In this document: piece by piece, positions 52,371-64,000 of the stretch
How the letters are laid out: each line of letters starts with the position of its first letter
Position numbering within the stretch: position 1 is the stretch's first letter
Assembly (NCBI GenBank): GCA_964016885.1
Contig: OZ024744.1
Span: 105,896,001-105,960,000 of the forward strand
From: Eledone cirrhosa
Taxonomy: Eukaryota
Reading direction: 5' to 3'
DNA: 64,000 nt
Position numbers and translations under genes: made by a program
The notes under the pieces: model-generated
Databases searched by the model: none
Told to the model about the DNA's origin: nothing
Seen by the model: the letters and a program-made list of their open reading frames with translations, nothing else

Positions 52371-53208
52371 GTTAGATCAGATGAGTTGATAACACAACTG
52401 TATAAGGCAAACAGATATTCAAAGCTCGAATGTGATTTTATTATCCACAGCAAGATTGGCAAAAAAAGTTTCATCCAATTCTTAAATTTCCAGTCGTACG
52501 TAGTAGTCTTATAACATCTCATAACATGAATGAATAATTAATCAATGTATTGAACCTTGATTATTTATTCATTCATTATATATAACATCCCTTCTTTCTC
52601 TCCTGACTCACCTATCCTCTCCTTCAGTCTTCCTCTATTTATACTGCCTCTGTTGTTGAAGTCTTGACTGTGTAAGTAACAAGGCTCACTACATAGACAT
52701 ATTAAATGAATGCTTAAACTCTACTTTGGTATTGAATAATTTTTCAATGAGACAACTCATCTAACCCATGCTAGCGTGGAAAAATGAATGTTAAATGATG
52801 ATGAAGATGATGATGATGACAAACACACAAATTATATCATCCAAGATTTTTTTAAATGTTGGCATTGCTGCAGCCACCGCCACTGCTTTCTCTCTCTCTC
52901 CACCCCTCACACATTCTCTTACCACCCCCTTTCAATTAAACACTAATTACAGCATGGGATTAAAAAGAAAATGTTCTGTATTACTGCAACCACCAGAGCA
53001 CTCTCTCTTTGTTTCATACACACACACACTCATACACCCCCCCCCCCTTTCCAGTGTGACCAATGTTTTACACAAAATGTACAACAGCTTTAATATAATA
53101 CATAATAATAATTATAATTATTTCAAACTTTAACAGAAATAAAACATAACCTCAACAACAACAATAATAATAATAATAATAATTTCAAACTCTGGAAAAA
53201 ATAAAACA

Positions 53209-53245
<37 letters not shown>

Positions 53246-53595
53246 TAATAATAATAATAATTAACAAAAATAACAATAATGTCAAACTAATAAAGCATAG
53301 TAACAGTAATTTATTAAAAGTGCTAATAATAGATAATGTGTGGTGTAAAAAGTTGGTCACACTGTGGAAAGGAGATGATAAAAGTGTGTGTGCAATAAAA
53401 AGAGAATAATGGTGATGGTTGCAGCAACAGCAGCTGAAATTCTTTATTTTTCAACCCGAGTTCTGTATTGAAAGTGGATGATATAGAATTGGAGAATTTG
53501 CCTGCTACATCTTACTAGATGTCACTTGTTGGGAACATCAGAGTTCACAGAATTGGATAGATTAGATAGATAAATATATAATATAATATAATATA

Positions 53596-53886
53596 CAGTG
53601 GAAGCTCGGTTCATGAACAAATTGGTTCGCAAACAATTTTTCTGAACATAAAACGTCTTGGTTCACGAACAGTGTCTTCAGTAACAAACACACAAGTCGG
53701 CAACAACGGTTGGCAACAAGCTTGGAGTATTGGCATAAAAGCATCACTTGGTATTTAGTTTATTACTATGGTGATATCTATCTTCTCTCCCACACATTCT
53801 TTCTCTCACTGTATCTCTTTCTCAACATTTCGTATGGGAAAAATAGTTTTCAAGAAGAATTAAGTTCGTAAACCGAGGTTCCACTG
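53596..53886. mobile_element. Tigger/pogo-type MITE
   Basis: TA|CAGTGGAAGCTCGGTTCATGAAC ... GTTCGTAAACCGAGGTTCCACTG|TA: imperfect terminal inverted repeats with TA target duplication. Confidence 0.85.
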
Positions 53887-53919
53887 TATTTTATATATAT
53901 ATATTATAATATTATAACA

Positions 53920-55490
53920 TGGGCCTTGACTGCAGAAACTGAGAAGGCTAGAAAGAATTGAAGTGAGTATGCTGTGATGGATGTGTAATGTGCATGAAAG
54001 ACAGCATAGTTGAGCTGAGAGAAAAAGTTAACATAAGATAATTAAATTTAGTGCACAAGAAGGAAGACTGCTATTATGGATATTTGTTTTGTATGGAAGA
54101 TGGCAACTATATAAAGAAATAGAGAAATGTCAGTGGTTGGGACCCATAGAAGACGTAAAACACATGAAAACATGGGATGGAGTAATGAAGACTGACCTTA
54201 AGAGTAGTGATGACAATGTAGGAGAGGGTTGGGAGTGGAGGAATGGTAGGTTAGGGTAGTGGTGGTGGTGGAAGAATGGTAGGTTAGGGTAGTGATGGTA
54301 GTAGAGGAATGGTAGGTTAGGGTAGTGGTGGTAGTAGAGGAATGGTAGGTTAGGGTAGTGGTGGTAGTGGAGGAATGGTAGGTTAGGGTAGTGATGGTAG
54401 TGGAGGAATGGTAGGTTAGGGTAGTGGTGGTAGTGGAGGAATGGTAGGTTAGGGTAGTGGTGGTAGTGTATGAGAGAGTGTGTACAGTGGTAAGGATGAA
54501 TGACAGGAAGAGTGAGAGTTTCAAGTAAAGGTTAGAATACAACAGGTATTAAGCCCCCCCCCCCCCCACACACACACACACTATTATCTGTAGTTGTGAT
54601 GGGTGTACTGACCCAAAGTTTAAGGAAGGTTTTACCAATGGATTTGCTGTATTCAGATGACCTGGTATTAATAGCAGACAGCATGGATGGATTGAAGGAG
54701 AAGATGAATATTAAGAAGATGAAGCGGACGTAAAATGATGATGATGATGATGATGATGATGAAGGTGATTGCAAATGGAGATTTAGTGAGATGGAAGGAA
54801 CACAAATATGTCCACTTGCAGTGTGCAGGGTATTGGAGTGAACTCTATTAAATGTACAATATACACTGGGTGGGTACATTGAAAATATGGCAGGATTATT
54901 AAATACTGTGACAGCTACATTTAAAGTTAAAGTGTGTATAGAGGGAGCTATAGACAGGATGTTGAGCTGGATATTAGGAATGGTGTGAAAACATTTTGTT
55001 ACTTTGGAGATGTTGAATGGAGAGGGTGGATCAGACTTTGTGACAATAAATAGGGTGAGATGTACATGGAAAATTTTGAGGGAACCGAGTGGTGTGCTGA
55101 TGGGGAGATAAGTATCCCTGCAACTTAATGGGAAATATGAATGGTGCATGTGTGAGAAGTGCCATGATTGATGGGAGAGATGAGTGATAGGTGTGGAGCA
55201 ACAGAGAAGGCTGATTAAAACAGAAATGAGAATGGTTTAGTGGTTGAGAGGAAGACAAACCATGAATTGCAGAAGATGGGAACCAATGATGAATGTGGTG
55301 AAGAGAAATAGAATGAGATGGTTGGGTCATGTGTTGAGGAAAGATGGAAGTGAATGGGCGAGAGGAATGATGGGAATGAATGTGGAAGGAAGTATAGGAA
55401 TTGGCAGACTAAGAAAGACTTGGCTAAAAGTGGTGTTAGAGGAAATGAAAGCCAGAGGGTTGGTGAGGGGTGATACAAATGATGGAGATG
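53920..55490 (+). mobile_element. Cluster of degenerate RTE LINE fragments
   Basis: LRRLERIEVSML (about 53940), DLLYSDDLVLIA (about 54640), RNRMRWLGHVLRK..GRLRKTW (about 55300-55420). Confidence 0.75.
54238..54466. repeat. 33-bp G-rich minisatellite, about 7 copies, one TTAGGG per unit
   Basis: Unit GAATGGTAGGTTAGGGTAGTGGTGGTAGTGGAG. Confidence 0.93.
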
Positions 55491-57349
55491 TTTGTTGTTG
55501 TAATATAACATGATGGAAGTTAGTGCTTTCATATTCAAGGCACAGACTGGATTTTAGTAAAAAGGTTTACACAAGATGGGACATTTTTTTTCTCCTTTAA
55601 AAGGCATCAAATTCCGCAAAAAGAAAAGTTCATCAAGTGAACAACTAATTAATCAGTGTACATTGAAAACGCTAAATGCCACCATAAGAAAAGTAATAAT
55701 TCCCGAGATATAAATGAAAATACACAAGCAACCTAAAAAAAATTGTATGAAGAACTTGAATGCAAATAATGCAAAAGCAGGCACCATCAAATAGTTTAAA
55801 CAACAATCAATTTGATAAGGAAAAAAACTCCCAAACAAGAGGAATTCTATGAGGATGTGAGGATAAAATATGTCAGTGGTCTAAATATATTAGTGCATTA
55901 TTAGTTTTAAAAAATATAACACCAAATTTGAAGTAAAGGGAGTTAAATGTGAATATTGATCCTAGAATATATATTTTAGGTCATCAATAAGGGAAAGGTC
56001 AAAAGTTGTAGATCAATTGTACTTACTGCTTTATCCTGAGTGAGAACAAAAAGATAGAATAATTTCATTATTGGTTTTTATAGCTGAATTTAGGCCAGAA
56101 ATGTAATTGTAGTTTTGCCTTCAACAAAGCTGGGTTTAATTCAATTTTAGTTTTGTCTTTAACAAAGCTGGGTTCAATTCAATTTGAAGTGATTCCCAGT
56201 TACTTCATTACTTTTTATCCATTAAAAAAAAATCATGATTTTAGAAATTTTATAATTTTTCAAATCATGAGCAGTTTGGAGATCATTAGACGCATATGTG
56301 TATGGTAGAGCAATGGGAAGCAGTTAAACGATAAAATTGTTTCTAATTTTGCTTTGAAATAATAATAATAATTGTTTCTACTTTTGGCACAAGGCCAGCT
56401 ATTACCCCAGTGTATTACTGGTACTTTATTTTATTGACCCCATAAGGATGAAAGGCAAAGTTAACCTCGGCGGGATTTGAACTCAGAATGGCAAGGGCTA
56501 TAACTCAATATGTCAAAGCATGGTGTCCGACCCTCTACCGATACTGCCAATTCACCAATAATAATAATAATTGTTTCTACTTTTGGCACAAGGCCAGTAA
56601 TTACCCAGTGCATTACTGGTACTTTATTTTATCGACCCCCGTAAGGATGAAAGGCAAAGTTAACGTCAGCGGGATTAGAACTCAGAATGTAAAGGGTCAT
56701 AACTCTATGCTGCAAAGCATGGTGTCTGACGCTCTACCGATACTGCCAATCAGGAATCAGGCCATTTCAAAGAGGTACACATATTTGACTGACTAAACTG
56801 GTTTTTATATTTATTCACCTAAATAATAGGAAAAACAAAGTTAACTTTAACAGAATTAGAACTTAGAAAAGAAACTAGAAAACATTAATTTAGTCCATCC
56901 AGCTTTGTAACATTTGCACTAATTATTACAGTTGTTAATTACTACAATTGTTAATTACTGCAGTTGTTAATTACTGCAGTGTTAATTTAATATATATCTA
57001 AGGCAATAACAATTTCAGATTGAACTAGTTTTGGTAACATCATAAGAGATAAATGAACAAACATAAAGGTAACAACAGCACAATATTATTTGATGTTTGC
57101 AATATAACTTCTTTCATGTATTTATGTGCACTTCTGTATCTGCAGCTCAACTAAAATACATTCGTTAGCTGTGCACATTATGTTATATCCACCTCAGACT
57201 TGAGCTGGATATTGATTGCTATAATTAGAGAAATATAGGTGACTATAAACAGATGGAAACAACTAGAAAACATCTTTACAAAACGAAAGAGACTGAAAAT
57301 AGTCTCCATGTTAAACCTAATACAGCAGCACAAATTTAAGGGTCATACT

Positions 57350-59699
57350 TGCACACACACACACACAGATGTACAAGCACATGCATACTGATATACAAAC
57401 ACACAGATATTCAAGCACACACATACTGATATACAAGCACACACATACTGATATACAAGCACACACATACTGATATACAAGCACACACACATACTGATAT
57501 ACAAGCACACACACATACTGATATACAAACACACACATACTGATATACAAACATACACATACTGATATACAAACACACACATACTGATATACAAACACAC
57601 ACACACTGATATACAAACACACACATACTGATATACAAACACACGCATACTGATATACACACACACGCATACTGATATACAAACATACACACACTGATAT
57701 ACAAACACACACATACTGATATACAAACACACACATACTGATATACACACACACATACTGATATACAAACACACACATACTGATATACACAAACACACAT
57801 ACTGATATACAAACACACACATACTGATATACAAACACACACACATACTGATATACAAACACACACATACTGATATACAAGCACACTCATACCGATATAC
57901 AAACACACACATACCGATATACAAACACACACATACTGATATACACAAACACACATACTGATATACAAACACACACATACTGATATACAAACACACACAC
58001 ATACTGATATACAAACACACACATACTGATATACAAGCACACTCATATCGATATACAAACACACACATACTGATATACACAAACACACATACTGATATAC
58101 AAACACACACATACTGATATACAAACACACACATACTGATATACAAACACACACATACTGATATACAAACACACACATACTGATATACACACACACATAT
58201 ACTGATATACAAACACACACATACTGATATACAAACACACACATACTGATATACACACACACACATGCTGATATATACACACACACACTGATATACAAAC
58301 ACACACATACTGATATACAAACACACATACTGATATACAAACACACACATACTGATATACAAACACACACATACTGATATACACACACACATACTGATAT
58401 ACACACACACATATACTGATATACAAACACACATACTGATATACAAACACACACATACTGATATACACACACACACATGCTGATATATACACACACACAC
58501 TGATATACAAACACACACATACTGATATACAAACACACACATACTGATATACAAACACACACATACTGATATACAAACACACACATACTGATATACACAC
58601 ACACACATACTGATATACACACACACACATACTGATATACAAACACACATATACTGATATACACACACACACATACTGATATACAAACACACACATACTG
58701 ATATACAAACACACATACTGATATACAAACACACACATACTGATATACAAACACACACATACTGATATACAAACACACACATACTGATATACAAACACAC
58801 ACATACTGATATACACACACACACATACTGATATACAAACACACACATACTGATATACACACACACACATACTGATATACAAACACACATACTGATATAC
58901 AAACACACACATACTGATATACAAACACACACATACTGATATACAAACACACACATACTGATATACACACACACACATACTGATATACAAACACACACAT
59001 ACTGATATACAAACACACACATACTGATATACAAACACACACATACTGATATACAAACACACACATACTGATATACAAACACACACATACTGATAAACAC
59101 ACACACACATACTGATATACAAACACACACATACTGATATACAAACACACACATACTGATATACAAACACACACATACTGATATACACACACACACACAT
59201 ACTGATATACAAACACACATATACTGATATACAAACATGCATACTGATATACACACACACACACTGATATACACACACACACATACTGATATACACACAC
59301 ACACACACACATACTGATATACAAACACACACATACTGATATACAAACACACACACACACTGATATACAAACACACACATACTGATATACAAACACACAT
59401 ATACTGATATACAAACACGCATACTGATAGACAAGCACACACATACTGATATACAAACACACACACAGATATACAAGCACACATATACTGATATAAGCAC
59501 ACACACATACTTATATACAAGCACACACACATACTTATATACAAGCACACACATACTGATATACAAACACACACATACTGATATACAAACACACACATAC
59601 TTATATACAAGCACACACATATATACATACATGGATATATGAGCACACATATAGATACATGGATATCTACACACAGAAATACACACACAGATATATGAG

Positions 59700-59731
<32 letters not shown>

Positions 59732-60290
59732 CATACATGGATATATGTGCACACACACACAGATATACATACATGGAAATATGAGCACACACATATACGG
59801 ATATACAAGCGTGCACACACACTCATATATATACACAAGCATAACCACACACACACACACACAGATATACATACATGGAAATATGAGCACACACATATAC
59901 GGATATACAAGCGTGCACACACACTCATATATATACACAAGCATAACCACACACACACACACACACAGATATACATACATGGAAATATGAGCACACACAT
60001 ATACGGATATACAAGCGTGTACACACACTCATATATATACACAAGCATAACCACACACACACACACACAGATATACATACATGGAAATATGAGCACACAC
60101 ATATACGGATATACAAGCGTGCACACACACACATATATATATACACAAGCATAACCACACACACACAGATATACATACATGGAAATATGAGCACACACAT
60201 ATACGGATATACAAGCGTGCACACACACGTATATATATACACAAGCATAACCCCACACACAGATATACAAGCACGACCACACACACACAC
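57350..60290. repeat. CA-rich minisatellite (about 20-28-bp unit ACTGATATACAAACACACACAT) grading into about 100-106-bp units at 59750-60260
   Basis: Direct reading; source of the 995/697/661-aa V/C/Y ORF artefacts. Confidence 0.97.
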
Positions 60291-60475
60291 TAGCCCGACC
60301 ACTCTCTTCTATAATCATAAATATACACATCCATATTAGTCAAACTTGTGCACACAAACAAATCTTTGCATTCACTCGTTATATATATAAGGGTGGATTC
60401 CTGGTGGGGATCGGGAAATGACCACAGTTAAAAAAGTACTCAATACATAGATAGAGTACAGACATCTTTGTTTTA

Positions 60476-60570
60476 TATAGAAATGATTTCTACAGGACTA
60501 GAACTGTTTTATTACAGATGATTTCATATGAATGAAACAGTTCTACTCCTGTAGAAGCTATTTCTATATA
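60476..60570. repeat. Decayed, centrally deleted copy of the 24970-25090 hammerhead palindrome family
   Basis: TTCTACAGGACTAGAACTGTTT...CAGATGATTTCATATGAATGAAACAGTTCTACTCCTGTAGAAG; core mutated to CAGATGA. Confidence 0.8.
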
Positions 60571-61149
60571 TATATTTGGGGATGGTCATTTTACCAATAA
60601 AAACACAAACACTCTTCGATTATATATATATATATATATATATATATAATGTATAACAGCCACAACCATACAATGTGACCAGACCCATCTCTGTATCCCA
60701 CCCTTCCATTAGCACCACCCAGCAGCTATCCTCACCACCACAGATCACCCCCATCCAATATCATACTTACCCCCCTGATATACAGTATCACACCCAAGTA
60801 GTTATGCTCTCTACTTTCAGACACCTCTTCCCTCTACTCATCACACTCACCGTACACCCATAATTTCATACCTATCTCCCTTCTACTCTGAACCCTTTCC
60901 CCCACCCCAAAGAGCAGAGAGGGCTTTTCTGTTGGGATTATGGTACCATGAAAATGCTTCCTCGTATACCCTGTAAGGTGATTGGGGATAGGAAAGGCAC
61001 TCCACTGTAGGAACCATATTTAAAAGGGTTGAGCGGAACCCTTATTTTGTGTCAATGGCACAACTTCTCTCATGTTGGGGATAGAAAGGGCATCCAGTCA
61101 TGAATGGCTTACCAAACAAAGGGTTGGGAGGAATCTTGTGTCAAGAACA

Positions 61150-62190
61150 CGACGGCCTCCCTTAGTGGGAGTTGGAGGTTTAGTAATGGAGAAATTACTA
61201 AGGGATAAACAGTGGAGGGAATGTACAGGGGTAGAGAGAGTAACTACTGTTTGCCAAGATGTTTCAATGTTGACGGAGGTGGTGTATATGTGAGAGACAA
61301 GTCGATGTGTGAAAGATGATAAGTGAATGTATCCCAGTTTGAATTATGAAGATCTATGTTATCAATTGGCTGACTTAGAGACAGGTTATTGGGATTATCT
61401 TGAGTTGAGGTGGAAATATTTGGTTTCAAAGTGTAAACCTATCAACACAAGTGGTGGTTGAAGTTACTCATCATTATTCTGTTACCAGGGCGGTGGATTG
61501 GCAGTATCGGTAGAGAGTCAGATGCCATGCTTTGACGTATAGGGTTACGGCCCTTGCCATTCTGAGTTCAAATCTCGCCGAGGTCAACTTTGCCTTTCGG
61601 GGTCGATAAAATAAAGTAGCAGTAATGCACTGGGGTAATTGCTGGCCTTGTGCCAAAAGTAGAAATAATTATTCTGTTACCAGAATGGCACAGCTGGATA
61701 AAACACTTAATACTGTTGAAGTATTCTTTGAAGCACATTAGAGGTATTTGTGGTGGTCTATAGAGCTCAACTACTGTCAAATCATTGACTTTGTTGTGCA
61801 GGAAACTGATTCACAGTAGCCATTGAAGAATATGTCATTTGCGTCTGTTGTAAAAGAATGGTGCAGGAAAATGTCAGTTTCTCCTACTGACAAATTGTGT
61901 CCATGGTTGTAACATTTCTTTACCTCAATTCAGCTGCCATGTGGGAGGTTTTGAGGTGGGTCTCGGTTAAGATGAAGAAAGGGATGTGATGAGAATGGTC
62001 GGCAACTCAATCCTCAATGAATTCAACCTTCCATTTTTGTGCATTGATGAAAGTCTTGACCAGCACAACTACAGCTGAAGATGATTTTACTGTGGGTTTG
62101 GTGTTGGTTTCGAGTCCCATTTCTATTAGTATGTCGAGTCTGTGGAAGGTAAGCGAAAGGGCAATCTCGCTGCAGACTATCGCGTTGGTA
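61150..62190 (-). mobile_element. Degenerate APE-type endonuclease of a non-LTR element, split by the SINE at 61489
   Basis: VVELYRPPQ, then (after removing SINE and one TSD) HSGNRIMMSNFNHHL (degenerate GDFN), and TFTYHLSHIDLSL. Confidence 0.6.
61489..61667 (+). mobile_element. SINE family A, full length, with a 16-bp target-site duplication
   Basis: ATTATTCTGTTACCAG at 61473-61488 and again at 61668-61683. Confidence 0.92.
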
Positions 62191-63460
62191 ATCATCATCA
62201 TCATCATCAACGTTTAACGTCCGTGTTCCACGCTTGCATGGGTTTGGACGGGGGTTTTCCCACTTGAGGCAAGAGTGATTGTCTTGCTCGCATAGGACTG
62301 TCTGGCAGGTTTTCTACAGTTGGATGCCCTTCCTAACACCAACCACATTTACAGTGTGGGGCTGGGAGGTTTTTACCGTGTTTCCTACACGGCCACATTA
62401 CAGCGTGGACTGTGTGTTTTTTTGTCGTGACACCTACACGATCTCATTTGTTTCGGCCTGGATGGTGTGGCACCAACATAACTTTACATAGAAGGGGGCG
62501 GTGTGGATGGGGTGGTAATACCAGCTGATTTCAAGATTTACACACGTGAGTGTTTAAAGTTTTAGTATTTGGTAGTGGTGATGTTGTAGTGTGTGTGTGC
62601 ATTGATGTAAGCTAGTGTTGTATGTATGAACTGTATATCTGCCCAGGTAGATGTGTGAAGTTGTAGTCACTTTGTATGGTAGTGTCTCACGTAGTGAAAA
62701 GCAGCATATTTTGGAGTTTCGCTTGTAGCTGTTGATACTACATAGTTGATACTACATAGTTGATACTACATAGTTGATACTACATAGATTTCAATTTGTG
62801 AATGTTTGGCAAATTTTTTATGGAGCTATGAAATATAGGTTTGGATTAAGATAGAGATGGTGAGAAAGAAGAAGTAAATTTATCAGTAATTAGGGTAGGA
62901 GTAGTAGTGGTAGTAGTAGAAACAAAAGGAGGTGATGACAATGATGATGGTTGGTTTCTTGAGGTATTCTGAGAATGTAGGGAATAGTTGGAATGTGGAG
63001 AAGGTCTCTTGTAGGTCTTCTATTGTGCTAATATTGAGGAGTGGCTGTGGCTCTCCATCTTGTTCTTGTAGTTGTTGTTGTTGTGGCTGTTGTTGCTGCT
63101 GCAGTTGTTTCTGTGACTGTGGTTGCTGCTGCTGTTGTTGTTGTTGTTGTTTCTGTTGCTCCTGACAACCTCGGACAGAGATATGAACTCTCCTCTCTAA
63201 ATATGTATGTAAAAACTAATAATTTTTCTTCCCCATTTTATTATTATTCGAATAAATATGCAACTTAACTGCACTTTGCACATCTGCCATTGAAAAAGCA
63301 TATAATGCTGAAACCGGTATCCCTATTAAATGGGGAAATACCCACTTTATAAATAAATGTTTTGATATTATCCTGAAAAAATCCCTCCAGCATTTTCTAC
63401 TGAATTTTTTTTCCTTTTTACCATTTGTTTATATCAACTCATGTGTTACTTTTCTACATC

Positions 63461-63517
<57 letters not shown>

Positions 63518-63550
63518 TATATATATATGTATGTGGGTAAAAAATGATGC

Positions 63551-64000
63551 TATAAACTTTTCTGGGTAGGAAATGAAAATGGGCTGGGTGGAGTAGGAAT
63601 TATGTTAGCAGAAAAATGGGGAGATAAGGTAATCGACGTAAATAGAGTGAACGACAAAATAATCAAAATAAGACTTGTCCTAAATAGAACTACTGTGACA
63701 ATAATATCCACTTACACACCCCAATCTGGACTGCCTGGTGTTATAAAAGACAGATTCTATGAGTCGCTAATGCTCACTACCTCCCAAATAACCGACAGTG
63801 ACTACATAATTATTGCTGGCCACCTAAATGCTCACGTTGGACAACATTGTGACGGCTATGACGGAATCAATGGAGGCTATGGATTTGGTACTAGAAATGA
63901 GGAAGGCTTCAGAATTCTGGAATTCTGCGACGCAAATAACCTAACTATCTGCAACACAAACTTCAAAAAACGGGACAATCATTTGATCACTTATAGATCA
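63551..64000 (+). mobile_element. RTE LINE APE endonuclease domain; frame open to the window end
   Basis: YKLFWVGNENGLGGVGIMLAEKW..DKIIKIRL..ISTYTPQSG..IIAGHLNAHVG..GGYGFGTRNEEGFRILEFCDANNLTICNTNFKKRDNHLITYRS; 150 codons with no stop. Confidence 0.93.

Noticed and set aside
54238-54466. Interstitial telomere
   Set aside because: Only one TTAGGG per 33-bp unit, not a tandem telomeric tract.
57317-60330. 995/697/661-aa Cys/Val-rich ORFs (and YI-repeat ORFs at 23431-24212)
   Set aside because: Dinucleotide and minisatellite translations.
60290-60375. Possible upstream TRAPPC11 exon (ECKDLF..MDVYI)
   Set aside because: Poor acceptor, no donor, and spacing too short versus the expected QCKAKF..DIYLK.
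63288-63325. Hammerhead-like TTGAAAA-AGCATATAATGCT-GAAACCGGT
   Set aside because: Core deviates from CUGANGA and no convincing stem I; at most a decayed remnant.

Overview
Eukaryotic, AT-rich and extremely repeat-rich DNA; the SINE/RTE-LINE/microsatellite landscape looks like an octopus (coleoid cephalopod) genome, which is an inference. The whole window appears to lie inside one minus-strand gene, TRAPPC11: eight GT-AG exons (841 nt, 1 nt + 280 codons, phases all compatible) between 17246 and 45973, with neither end of the gene in the window. The introns hold a >17 kb 58-bp satellite with higher-order duplications, several other minisatellites, two tRNA-derived SINE families, RTE/CRE/APE LINE debris, and mariner and Tigger-type remnants. 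Two things stand out. (1) A decayed endogenous parvoviral NS1 gene (HUH endonuclease + SF3 helicase motifs, most like shrimp hepanhamaparvovirus NS1 as I recall it) at about 48780-50565, antisense to the host gene, interrupted by a SINE and abutting a LINE. (2) A cluster of head-to-head palindromes at 21-25 kb whose arms carry Penelope-type (type I) hammerhead ribozyme motifs, one apparently near-complete on the pre-mRNA strand. Almost all ORFs in the supplied track are repeat artefacts.
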